64,000 nucleotides of DNA, from assembly GCA_008632985.1 (NCBI GenBank), contig QPGO01000051.1, forward strand, positions 363,046-427,045. The letters are read 5' to 3'. The stretch is from Psammoneis japonica. Its lineage: Eukaryota. The position numbers and the translations under genes are program-made. The notes under the pieces are model-generated. The model was not told where the DNA came from. It was given only the letters and a program-made list of their open reading frames with translations, and searched no databases. Of this stretch, positions 11,451 to 22,841 are shown in pieces. Position 1 is the stretch's first letter. Each line of letters opens with the position of its first letter.

Positions 11451-11863
11451 CTTTAGAGCTGGTTGAAAGTGTGGCGTCGAATGTCCCAGTGTCCCAGAAA
11501 GGCTGGTTGACCGCCATTGCGTTGCGGTACTGTAGCGCGAAAACAACGGGTGCGCGGTTGCAGAAGAGACGTCACGTAGAAATGTACGAGTAAACTCCAG
11601 TACATTTTTCCCGCGTTTTTAACCGTCTGCGAACACAAAAATTTCAAAAATAGTAGCACATGTAACCGTCACAGAACACCGAAATTCCAAAAAAGGATGC
11701 GATCGTTTGTTTGAGATGCTCAAAGAATGAGCGAGTGATGAGAGTTGAATATAGGCGACGGGAGTTGAACATTGCCACCAAATTACGCTAAACCGCAAAA
11801 CGCTTCCTCTCTCAAAATTTTCAAAGTGATTTTGTATGTTGCTCTTTGACGTGCAAATGAGCC

Positions 11864-13873
11864 ATGGAGCGTGACAACGACAGCGACCCAACGTCCAACG
11901 TAAATCAGCAGCAGCAATGTCGCGGAAGAAAACGAAAGCCAAGCCATGCTCAACCGACCAAGAAAAGGAGTCAAACTAGATCGACTATGCATCAGTTCAG
12001 AACTGCAAGTAAATTTAGCAGAGTGGTGGTGCCCGAGACGCTTCAGCAGATTAGCGAATCCGACGACATTTTCGAATGGAACAAAGAGTCGATTCGTGAC
12101 GTCGGTGTCTGGAAGAGGCGCAGGCCCTTGCCAGCCATGACTACCTTGGCTACAACCACACTGCCCGTCTCTCAACAGTCTACTGACAAAGAGGCACAGC
12201 AATACGAGCGACGAGGATTGCAAATGCCGCTTCTACGAACATTTCTAGAAAAGCTTCGAGAACAGAATCAAACTAAAGATGCCTCGCAAAGTGCGACGCC
12301 TTGCGAAACAAACGAGAATCAAGAAGTGGACAGCTCCAGTCACGAAATGCTTCCAATGGAAAATCCTAACTTATCTACATTGACAAAGGGACAGCACAAT
12401 CGATACGCCCAGCTAATGTCGGAAAAACAAAGTGGCAAGACATGGAATCAAAACAAAACGAAGGAGTTCTCGAGATTGTCGCGATCCGTCAGAGACGAGC
12501 AGCGGTTATACCACGAAACACTCTATCAATACTTTGAAGAGCACCTGAACTCGTTCAAGGTTGGCTTTGAGGCCCCAAAAGACCAAGGCTCTGCTTTTTC
12601 ATGCAAGGTTGCGCTATTGAACTCAAAACAAATCAAATATTATCAAACACAATGGGAAAACAAATACGGCAACACCAGCAACTACTATGGAAAGTGCATT
12701 CAAACCATTTCCATACCATCTGGTAAATCCATGAGTGGGAGCCGTGCTTCCAACGTTAGCCAGTTGGACTCGCTGATACTGGACAATCGAATTGTCCACG
12801 CTTTCAACGCGACGCGGCTGGGCTCACTTTCAATGGATTGCTTTCAGATAAAAGGGCCGACACCACTGACCGAACTCGATATTGAAGCAGTTTCGGGCAA
12901 GCATTGGCCGTCACTGCTTGTCAACGATACGGTAGCACAAGGCTTGGCTGTCGAGCACAATGTAGATTTGGTAACATGTCTCGAAACCTTGCACGAGCTG
13001 ATACAAACGCTACCCGTTGTGGACCACCAAGCTTCATCCAATTTTATGACTCCAGTCTCATTTCAAGGCAAATCGGTTTTTATGGATCTGCCAATACCGC
13101 AACCTTGCACAAATCCACGGCAGTCTCTATCAAGAGGATACGAACTAGTTCTCAAGCATTCATTGGTGTCAAAGGAATCCAGCGAGGATCACACGACGAA
13201 AATGTCAGGTCTACACTACGTTTACTCTCTCTTGACCGTGAATCTGTCAACTGGACCGCGACCGGTACAGAGCAAGATATTGATTAGGAGTTCCGTTGAC
13301 TTGGCCTTGACGGACTCCAATACGCCCGTTTGTTTGCATGCTCACCTGGACTACTTTGGAGGGCAGCAAGAGATTTTCTCTAGCGCGGAAAAGGCTACTT
13401 GGATTTTGGACAAGATTGTGAACCCGACATGCCGTGTCATGGTGGGACGCATTGTCCCGCACGCCGCTACTGTGAATGCATACGAGGACATGACACATGC
13501 CGTTGTACAGCACAACGACGATGGAATGGACTTTATCAGCGACGAAATCAGTCCAATGGAACACATTCACGCCTTGTTTCAGTTGCTAAAGAGTACTCTG
13601 AGGTTGGAGAGAGGCAAAGATCAAATCCTTTGCTGGCCTGGCCGTCACGAGTCGTCCACGACTCCCTCTATCTCTGTCCACAAGAAGGAGACGGAGACAG
13701 GTGACGGAGCTGTCATTGATATAGGCGAAGAGCTCGAGGGATCTTCCCTTGTTTACACCAGCTCTTCAGCGCTGCAGCAATGTGCTCGTCCTTTCAAGTG
13801 GCAACACCCGAGCCGTATTCCATTCACGTTTCCCGTAACAGAGGGTGCTCCTGCCAAGCGACCGCACGCGTGA
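11864..13873 (+). CDS. 669-aa probable nuclear protein, possibly NARG2/ICE2-like (little elongation complex subunit)
   Basis: Long single ORF with a basic NLS-like N-terminus. KILIRSS...HLDYF...EKATWIL and the terminal RIPFTFP resemble the NARG2 C-terminal domain, from memory only. The family call is uncertain. Confidence 0.55.
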   Translation: MERDNDSDPTSNVNQQQQCRGRKRKPSHAQPTKKRSQTRSTMHQFRTASKFSRVVVPETLQQISESDDIFEWNKESIRDVGVWKRRRPLPAMTTLATTTLPVSQQSTDKEAQQYERRGLQMPLLRTFLEKLREQNQTKDASQSATPCETNENQEVDSSSHEMLPMENPNLSTLTKGQHNRYAQLMSEKQSGKTWNQNKTKEFSRLSRSVRDEQRLYHETLYQYFEEHLNSFKVGFEAPKDQGSAFSCKVALLNSKQIKYYQTQWENKYGNTSNYYGKCIQTISIPSGKSMSGSRASNVSQLDSLILDNRIVHAFNATRLGSLSMDCFQIKGPTPLTELDIEAVSGKHWPSLLVNDTVAQGLAVEHNVDLVTCLETLHELIQTLPVVDHQASSNFMTPVSFQGKSVFMDLPIPQPCTNPRQSLSRGYELVLKHSLVSKESSEDHTTKMSGLHYVYSLLTVNLSTGPRPVQSKILIRSSVDLALTDSNTPVCLHAHLDYFGGQQEIFSSAEKATWILDKIVNPTCRVMVGRIVPHAATVNAYEDMTHAVVQHNDDGMDFISDEISPMEHIHALFQLLKSTLRLERGKDQILCWPGRHESSTTPSISVHKKETETGDGAVIDIGEELEGSSLVYTSSSALQQCARPFKWQHPSRIPFTFPVTEGAPAKRPHA

Positions 13874-14485
13874 TGGTTACAAGAACAAGCGTCGTGTGAG
13901 TTTGTTGGGGGGGGGGGGGGTTGAAGGTGTCCGCATGCCGGTTGATGCTATTGAGAAAAACGTGAAGACTGCCAGTAAAAGAAGTCACAAGACCAAACAC
14001 ACTACTCACAATAAGCCATGGCCGAAACAAAAAGTCTTGCAAAGAAGCCAAAAGAAAACACGTCCCTGTTTTCCTCCTACTCATGCCCGACTATCCCGCC
14101 ATCAGCTCCGAGTAGAGCAGTGCAGCTATTGTGGTCGGTATCATTCCTTCTGGTCGGGCTTTCCTGTCGCAGACCGTTGGCGACATGCAAGTACTTTCGC
14201 TGCCAGACTTTCTTTGAGAGCTAGAGTATCGGCTTTCCAAGGCATTATATTATTTGTTCAGCTATGTATTACGGACGTTTGACGACGGGTCTGGCCGTTG
14301 TTGAGCAGACCGGTAATATAATACAACGAGAAACATACTTGTGTCGCAATAAAAATGGAAAGATTTCATCTTTGGCTCGGCAAATTCAGTGCATTACAAT
14401 CTGGAAATCGGCATAATCCATAGTATCTGATTTCTGTGACTTAACTTTTCCGCACGGGGCTTACAGTTAGCCAGACCCCAGCTGG

Positions 14486-14632
14486 AGTACCGGTAGCCTG
14501 TAGGTAGCCTACTCTCTCTACTAGAGAGGGCTCACTCGCTAGAGAGTAGGGCCCTCTAGCTAGCTACTAGTAGAGCTAGAGTCGCCCTTAGTTCTGTTTC
14601 GCTCTACTAGCTACTGCTAGTAGCTAGAGCCT
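14486..14632. repeat. CTAG/TAG-rich low-complexity patch at the edge of a TpA-depleted block
   Basis: TACCGGTAGCCTGTAGGTAGCCTACTCTCTCTACTAGAG...CTCTAGCTAGCTACTAGTAGAGCTAGAG...CTCTACTAGCTACTGCTAGTAGCTAGAG. Confidence 0.8.
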
Positions 14633-14689
14633 CGGACGACGACACGGCGCGTAATAAGTTGTAAGTGACATCGCAGACATCGCATGCTG

Positions 14690-15098
14690 ACACTACTCTC
14701 TTGAATCGAAGGGGTGACGGATGGCGTACAGACAAGAAAACATTGATCAAACACATCATTGGCTCGGCTTCTTGCTTTTGAGAGCTGTGTTTCGACTCGA
14801 CATTTTTTTCAACGGGCTGTTTTGCCACTTGCTTTCCTCAGTTATTTTGAGGCATTGATGTTGGGCATTACAAAGGCTCCATGGACCCTCCCCAAGAGTG
14901 AGGATTGACAAGGCCACACAGAAGAACACACATCAGCTGTGGTTGGCGTTCTTGGTGAAAACTGGCAGAGAAAGCTGGAGAAGAGGGGGCAAAGAGAAGC
15001 AAAGCACAGGTGACTCAGGGGAAAATGCTTCAGACAGCAGCAACAGTGAAAGCCAAGGTGCAGCAGCTGCCACTTGGGTCATTCTGGGGTCAACTTCT

Positions 15099-15130
<32 letters not shown>

Positions 15131-16790
15131 CATCTTTGGGATGACGACAAGCCAGCACTGACAAAGAGATGCCAGCATGAAAGGCCACCAAGCGCTGGTT
15201 GGCATTTCAACCCAACCACAGCTGCAGGATGCCCAGCTCATGTCAGGAAGTTGAGGGGTGAAGAGCCAGACATGGCTGGCTGTGCAAAGGATTTTGCCAT
15301 TCTGTCTTCCAAGAGCTGCAGCCAAGAAGGATGACAAGGAGCCTGCGTGGCAATGGGTTGCTGAAAGAAGCACAACCACTGCCAAGACAGGCAAGGACTT
15401 GATGTTTGTTGAGGACAGCCAAGTTTTGCAGCATGCAAAAAGCAAGAAGTGATGAGTGGCAGTGTTGCAGATTTGTCAACATGCTGCTGCCCCCCAGCAG
15501 TGCCCTGCCAAGCAGATTTCATGCTCTGTGCAGCAGAGGAGCCCATTGACAATTGTGGCAGGAGTGTGGTGTGCAGCTGCAAACCTTTGACAGGTGTGCT
15601 CTCTGGATTGCTTTGCTCAAGAAAGAACAAAATTAAAGCATCCAAACAAGTTCAACTTTGACAACAATGAGTTGCATGAGAGAGCCCAACATGACAAAGC
15701 AAAACAAAGGCTCTCACAATCAAGAGGCAGGCGTCAAAGATGCTGAGGAACATGGAGAGCCCTCTGAGTGTCCATTTGAAGGAAGTTGCAGGTGAGCTCA
15801 GCTCTGCTCCTTTCCACCTTGTTGCTGTTCTTGTGCACCCTTGACAAGGAGAAGGAAGTCATGCAAGAAAAAGCAGCTGGCCACAGCTTTGCCTGTGTTG
15901 CTGAATCAGCCAGCAAAACTGTGTTGGGTTTGAAGGTGCTTTGCAGGTGAGTCCAAGTTGCGCCAAAGTGTTTTCAAGATGAGGTCATTTTGAAGATTGA
16001 GAAGCCACTGCTCAACTTGCAGATAAAAGCTGCCAAAGCTGGTGGTCAAGTGCAAGAAAAAGATGCCAACAAAAAGATGGCCACGACATTGCTCCTGTGG
16101 TGGCAGCTCCAGCCAGTGTTTGGCTCTGAGGCATCAGGCACAGCATGAGGGGTGTGCGCTGCTGCTTCCAGAGCTTGCTGCCTTCCACCATGTGCTTGCA
16201 AGCACTGCCACCAATGGCGCCAATTGCTCCACTCCAAAGTCAAAACCAACACCAATGATTTCCTTTTGCGCTGCAATGTCAGAGAATCCACTCTGATGTC
16301 AAAGTTGCAATGGCATGGGGAGCCAATGTGCCACACCACACATGAGCACCAGCACACTCATTTTGAACCCAAGGCTGGGCCTTGCCTGCCATCTTGACCA
16401 ACAACACCATTCTCTGCTTTGAGAGACTCTTTGTGAAGGCAACCAAGATCTCGGCACCATCACGTCTTGGTGTGAGAAAAGAGGCCTTTTGGGCAGGGCA
16501 CTGCAGCTGACGCCCAGCATTCTTTGCAATGTGAGTGGTGTTCAAGACAAAACTTTGGGAGAATGTTTTCTGTCATGCCAGTGGCCAAATCTGGGAAGCC
16601 ATCAAATGTTGCTTCTGACAGTCCGGGGAGGGGGGAGGCAGCGACATGCCAAAAGCACATTGTCGATGCCAAAGGAAGCAGAGCCCACAGCACAGCCCAG
16701 ATCATGTTCAAACTGTGTTCAGGATGATGACACCGTTTTTTTTTTGTTCCGCTTTGCAGATGTTTGATTCACAGTTCTGCACACGTCAAT
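14690..16790. other. TpA-depleted block 2, containing decayed coding-like sequence
   Basis: About five TA seen in about 2.1 kb (near 14727, 14843, 14869, 15634, 16024). Fragmented ORFs lack Tyr. Weak Sel1-repeat-like remnants (ADAQHSL, AHSTAQI) lie near 16500-16710. Confidence 0.85.
15099..15129 (+). repeat. (CAG)n microsatellite, about 10 units
   Basis: CAGCAGCAG run seen directly. Confidence 0.95.
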
Positions 16791-16955
16791 TATGTGCTGC
16801 ACAGCGAGGATTGTGTCGGCCTCGATGCACAGCAAAAATCGAGCTATCGCGCGTCGAAAAAGCCTCTTTCCGCACTTTCGCCAACGCAATAACGCACTGC
16901 TTCGACTTCCGTCACATTATTGTTGCGAAGCGCGAAGCTCAAAGACCTTTTCACC

Positions 16956-17927
16956 ATGTCGTTTCTGACAACACCAGCCGCCATTGCTGCGCTTACTTGC
17001 ACGGGTACAATAAGCTTGATTCCTAACTTGATATTATTTCTTTTTCCGAATTATCAAAGCCACGATTCTCTGTTTCTTTTTACCGGACAGTCCCTCGCTG
17101 CCGGTGGCTTGCTTGGAGATGTGTTTCTTCACACCCTACCTGAAGCTTCCCATCTGGAAGAGGCAGGGCTGTGGATACTGGCGGGATTTATGGTATTCTT
17201 TGCGGTGGACCTATTAATTCGATACATGGACAAGGGGCACTCGCATGCTCATTATCATCATCATACCGAGCAAAACACGTCAGAAGAAGCAGCTGCAGAT
17301 AATGTCAATCAAAAAGGCCAACGAATAAACGAAGAGCAGCACTCTGTATGGTGGTCATCAACGATTTTGCTCAATCTCAGTGCGGACGCTCTTCACAACT
17401 TTACTGATGGAGTTGCTATTGGTGCTAGTTTTAGTTTGGGGGAGCATACTCAGGATGACACAGTGTCGCAATTGCTTCAAAGCCGGGGTGGTGCTGCTTT
17501 CTTGGCTATTTTATTTCACGAGGTTCCTCACGAATTGGGAGACTACTGCGTTTTAGTGCACAGTGGCTTGTCTAAACAACAGGCTATTGTCGCACAGTTC
17601 ACAACAGCTATAGCTGCAATGATTGGAACTGTGGTGGGATTATGGGGAGCTGAAACACATTCAGTTAGTATGATGTACATGACCGCGGGGGGCTTTGTGT
17701 ACTTGGCAGCCGTCAACATTTTGCCTAGTGTCTTGGAAGAGACAACGTCAAAACCCCTGTTGTTTCAAGCTTCACAATTATTGGCCTTTGGACTCGGAGT
17801 TGCGTTCATGTACGGTGTTGCTGTACTGGAAGATCATAGTGAGCCCCATCATCACCATCATCATGGTCACAATGATCGCCATCATCATGGTCACGATGAT
17901 CACCACCAGCATCACCACGAGCTATAG
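16956..17927 (+). CDS. ZIP-family (LIV-1/ZIP7-like) zinc transporter with a His-rich loop and tail
   Basis: Motifs AGGLLGDVFLHTLPEA, ALHNFTDGVAIG, FHEVPHELGD and TAGGFVYLA. Poly-His C-terminus. Confidence 0.93.
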   Translation: MSFLTTPAAIAALTCTGTISLIPNLILFLFPNYQSHDSLFLFTGQSLAAGGLLGDVFLHTLPEASHLEEAGLWILAGFMVFFAVDLLIRYMDKGHSHAHYHHHTEQNTSEEAAADNVNQKGQRINEEQHSVWWSSTILLNLSADALHNFTDGVAIGASFSLGEHTQDDTVSQLLQSRGGAAFLAILFHEVPHELGDYCVLVHSGLSKQQAIVAQFTTAIAAMIGTVVGLWGAETHSVSMMYMTAGGFVYLAAVNILPSVLEETTSKPLLFQASQLLAFGLGVAFMYGVAVLEDHSEPHHHHHHGHNDRHHHGHDDHHQHHHEL

Positions 17928-17947
17928 CATAAGCGAAATATTACGGC

Positions 17948-20343
17948 TCACTCCATCATTTCCTGTTCTAGTTCAGCTGCAAACTCGTCGTCGTCGCTGC
18001 TATCGTCAGAGCTAAATTGCGCAGTATTATTTGGTGGAAGTGGAGGAGCTACAGCGGCGGCCTTGGATGACGATGATGGAGTACCCAAAAAGTGGTTCGA
18101 GACGCTGCGCAGTGTCAGACTCCACAAACACTCCGTCAACCACATGGCCTTGACAACATGACAACCAGGTATCTTTCGCGCCATGATTATCTTGTCTGTG
18201 CCATCTCGCGCTGCGACCACGTGAGTCGTATCGGGTCCGATGGTATCCATCAACTACCAATCAAACAGCAAAATCGTATTTACAAGACGTAAGGAACTTG
18301 AGAGAATTTTCAATCACACTCGATAAAGCATGACAGAATACGAACCTTGCCCCCCAATGATTCTGCATATCGTACAACCGTTGGGCGAGGATGGGTTCCT
18401 TCCTTTTGACGCTGTTGCTTATGCAATGGTACCAACCCACTCAGCACCAATCGTTTCCCCGCAAGCACTTCTGACCGCATCCCGTCCAGCAACTGTGGTA
18501 CAGTACGTTCTCCTCCAGCACCATTATAAAATCGTTTATGAAGACGCTCCAAGATATCAGCGGACCACAAGAGTTGAATATCGGTTTCTTCCGAATCGTC
18601 TCCTTTCTTGGCGTCGCCATTCTCATCGTCTACAAAGTCGTATTTACCCGAGGAGTTGTTGACATCTGCAAATCCCAGAAATGGCTTCCAGTGATATGGC
18701 CGCACCAACAAGAGGTTGGGTGGCGGTTCGCCTCGGTTGGAGAGTTCCGAATCCTTTGCCCATACGTCCTCCCGATCATCTACAATTGCAGCCATTGTCC
18801 CACCGCATGGAAAGATGCGTTTGATGCTTTTGGTATCTCGTCCCAAATCCGAAACATCGGTACGGCTCACAATGCGACTTCCAAACAGTGATTGTCTCAA
18901 TTCAATCGCCTTGGCTTCCATGGCTTCCGCCTCTTGCAACTGCTTCGTCAAATCATCAACACGTTCTTGCGTGACAGCGTCCGTCTTGACGGTTGGCGGT
19001 AAAGAACCAAAGGATACCTGCTTGCGTGTCTTTTTCGGCTCGGGGTTGGCTTTCTCTGGAGCAGACGCGGCTTCAGCTTTGCCTTTTGATGAGTCGTCCT
19101 CTCTGGTTGATTCGTCTTTGTTTGTGTCGCCCTGCGTATCGCTCTCAGCCTTCGCTGGTGCTTCTTTGTCACTGTTTGACTCCGATTCTCTCTCTTCTAC
19201 AGCTTGTTTTGTTTCCTCTTGAGCCTTACTGTCGTTGTTTGTACCATTCATTTTCTCTTCATGCTGTTGTTGTTTTTGCTGTTTGGCCAACTCGCGCTTT
19301 GCGACCCACAAGTCGTGTCTCATTTGATTGAACTGTACTTGATCCACCGTTGCACCAACGACGTGCCGACAAAGTACAGCAATTACCTCGTCGGCATAGG
19401 CTCGAGTACCAGCAGTATAAATGCTTACTTCATAAAGAGGCATGACTCGTTGCAAAAACTCCTTGACATGAGGCCGCAACTTGAGAAAGTGTTGAATCAC
19501 CACTGTTTGATTAGTTCCATTGCTGTTTGGAGTCGGTCCCAGTTCAATTGGAAATAGCAACGTACGAACGTCCTTGTACTTTTCCGCATGTGCCTTGGCT
19601 CGAGGATCAGCAGTGGCATGCACCAAGGTATGATCCAAATCAAGCACAAGCGAGAGCTTTTTCTGCAAACGCAGTTTATTACAGGACTGGCGTGCCATGT
19701 CTTGGGCTTCCTCCTCGGAAACGACAACCGTGACACCGCCCGATACTGTCACTTGGCGTTGCGACGATTCGGTTCTGTTTTGTTTGGATGCTAGTTTGTT
19801 TGTTTTACCGGCCGCCGCCGCAACGGGTCGACCGCAGACGGCACAGAGACCGTCCATAATTGCGGGATGATTGCACTTGTTGATGAACCCAATACATTGT
19901 GGATCGTCTTTGCTTTCTGTTATGTTTATTTGCAACAACCCATCCATTGGCGCTACAATTGGAATCAAGGACGATGCTGTCAAAGTTGGTCTTGCACTAT
20001 GGTCTTTACTGACGCTTTTCTCAGCCACTGAAAGTAAGTGCTTGAACGAGGACGAAGAGGTACTTGTACCATCAACAGAATCACCTCCACTTGAAGTACT
20101 TGCAATAGCAGCAACAGACATTCCTACTCCACGTTTTCGTTTTTTGGGTCGCTTATGCCCAGCCGCAACAGCAAGAGGAGCAGGAGATTCGTTCCGTGAT
20201 GTTGCATGACTCGCACGGGCAAACGCGATCGTTTCGCCCTTTTGAACCGAGGAGCCGTCTCTCGCTCTCCAACTAGATAACACGTAGTTTCCATCAGGCA
20301 ATCGAACCACAGCAGCAGCAGGTTGTTTGTAATTTTCTTCCAT
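17948..20343 (-). CDS. FCP1: RNA polymerase II CTD phosphatase FCP1-like, 2 exons (20343-18346 and 18253-17948)
   Basis: Catalytic LVLDLDHTLVHA (DxDxT), KLRP, YTAGTRAYA and IVDDREDVW. The C-terminal BRCT domain (TTHVVAARDGTDK...WL) is joined by a phase-0 GT..AG intron at 18345-18254. Confidence 0.9.
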
Positions 20344-20636
20344 TGCGACAATAGTAACTTGGGCTCAGAGGTCTTCTTCTACTAACAGCAGTAGATAACA
20401 GAGTTTGGCGACCACGTTTCGATGTGACTGCGATGCGAAATCCAAAAAGCGCGCATCGCTGTGCGCTGCGGCGAATGCGCATGCGGCTCCTACTCTTTCA
20501 TCATACCATCTATGAATACCGTACCATCGCATGATACAGTAGCGATGATGATACTGCCAGCGCTGTTGCCATTTGCCATTGTTGTTGATTACATAGTGTA
20601 CAAGTGCCTTCACAGCCATCCATAAGAGTCCTCAAA

Positions 20637-21492
20637 ATGTTTGTTGTTAGTCTCTGTGCCTGTCTATCGATTTTAGAGTTGCTGAATTTGACATGCTGTG
20701 ACGCCTTTTGCACGGCCAGAACAAGTGCGATTAGTGCCAGCCCGACTTTACCAAGAGTATTGCTGACGGAACTGCAAGGCAAGACTGATTCTGTTTGGGA
20801 AAGAACAGTATACAATGAAGAGGAACAAGACGTGACAGACTCGGAGTGTCCCCAAGGATACTACTTGAATAGCGTCGAGAATTCTTGCACCCCACTGGGC
20901 CCCTTGGGCAGACTGAGTCAGACAGTCGAGACGTTGGGTCCGTTTAGAAAGGCTTACAGCGCAATTTGTAATCTCTTCGGTGTAGACACCAAACAGGTGT
21001 CAAGTCTTGGCGTACCATTTGCTCTTTCGTATGCCGTTCTGAGTCAAATTAACGGGGCCCTTACTTTTTCCATGGCGTGGTATATGACTTGTTCTCGGGT
21101 GAGCACATTTATTGCTCACGGTATTGCGTCAGCCGATCCTTTTTGACTTGTTTCGATGACCTGACACCTTTTATCTTTCACCTTACTGTGCTGGATTAGA
21201 CTGGCTTGTCACCGCTTATGCAAGGGCAATGGAAGTCAATGCTTGCATCTATGGATACCTATATGGATTCATTACTTTGCTTCGTCCGTTCCGAGTGGCC
21301 GCAGCTGTCGCCATGTCCAAGCTTTCCAAAGAGTTCTTGTCAAAAACCCAAGAAAAGCTAAATTGTGGAAGAGGCACGGCAATCGCGTTTCAGTATACTT
21401 TAAGCTGGGTCATGTGGTTTGTTCTGACAGCTGCCGGAGTCACTATAGCAAGCATAGCGACTGGCGTGCCCGTGCTGGCTTCATCGCGATAG
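20637..21492 (+). CDS. Plastid-type membrane protein (TGLSPL..GQW family), 2 exons, apparent 1-bp frameshift near 21247
   Basis: Intron 21099-21199 (GTGAG..TAG) joins ...MTCSR to TGLSPLMQGQWKSMLA. The natural continuation YGYLYGFITLLRPFRVAAAVAMS is in a different frame. Confidence 0.65.
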
Positions 21493-22841
21493 AGAGTCTT
21501 ATCTGGTTGTGGTTCTTCCTCGCATCAACGCATCTTTTGTATTATTTAGACCGGCTATGCAGACGGTCGCTTCCCATGAATCATGGCAATCCTGACGTTC
21601 AGGTTGACAAGCTGCCTTCATCGTTTTTGGCATACGGTAAGAGACTACGTGGCGCATCCATCTGGTGGAATATCCACGGATTCTTTTGAGTGGATCGACG
21701 AGTAATAGAGGTGCAACGACGATGGGACTTTTTCAGTTTTTCCTTCCCGCGTACGGAAACGTCAAACTAGCGATCCTCTCTGGCGAAAGATAAGTTAGCA
21801 CAGAGTAATTATCGCACTCTTTACAATTCAAATCTACAGGTCTGGCAAATATTTTGCTCTGCACCTACCAACGGAACGTTTGCTCATGAAATGGAGACAG
21901 AAAAATTTGAACGACTGACTTCAGCACGAGTGCGTAGCACACAGTACAAGTACACCATCCGGTTTACCATGTTACCCTCGCATTCATCGTTTGATGCTGC
22001 ATCAGAGCACACCAGGATCAAGGCGATATCATCGAACAGACAATAAGCCAACCAATAAGCCAGTATTCCACCTGTATTTTCTTTTTTTAGGTTTCACTCC
22101 TAGTAGGATCAGTCGACAGTCGACTTTGCTCTGTGCGCGTCACCGTTCTGGTACAGTACAGTCACATAAACCTGGGAAAAAATCAAAGCCGCTCTCATTG
22201 TGTAGGAGAGATCAGCTGGTATTTTTTCTCTGGACCATTCACTTATGTTTTTTCTTCGTCGTCGCCGTCCGCAAGATGCCATGGTCGCGAGACTCGTGAC
22301 TGCATAAAAAGTGGGGAGAAACGAACTGAGCCTGACGCATCAATTTTGTCGACGAAAAGATCAATGGACAAATTCTAGATAACGACTTTCTTGCGGCATA
22401 AGCAAAAGGGCAGAACCGAATTCCTTATCAAAGTATTCAATCTCGTAGACAATTCTAAAAAGTTTTGGACTCGGGTACGGCGCTTGGCACGTACATTTCT
22501 ACGGGAAACGCGAACCGACGAAAACGACCGAGATTGGAAAGCTTTTCACATTTTCGGTTTCACCGCTTGTTGAAAATGGCAAATCATGCGAAAGAGCCGA
22601 CTCCACTCTTGACGCCATATGTCGAGTTTTGACGCCTCTCTTCTTTTTAGGAGGTAGCGTTCCTGCGTCAATCTCTGTCTCATTCCTTCGGTAACTGCCT
22701 TCCACAAGCACAGAGCTACGATAGACCGCAGACCGCAGCCTAGCTCTCCTCATCTCCTTCCTATACACTCACAAATACACCATTCTCGAGTAACAAAGCT
22801 CCCAATCTCCCCAGTATTTTTCAACAACCTTATCAATCACA

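Noticed and set aside
13906..13920. Poly-G run downstream of the 669-aa gene
   Set aside because: A simple homopolymer of unreliable length with no supporting structure.
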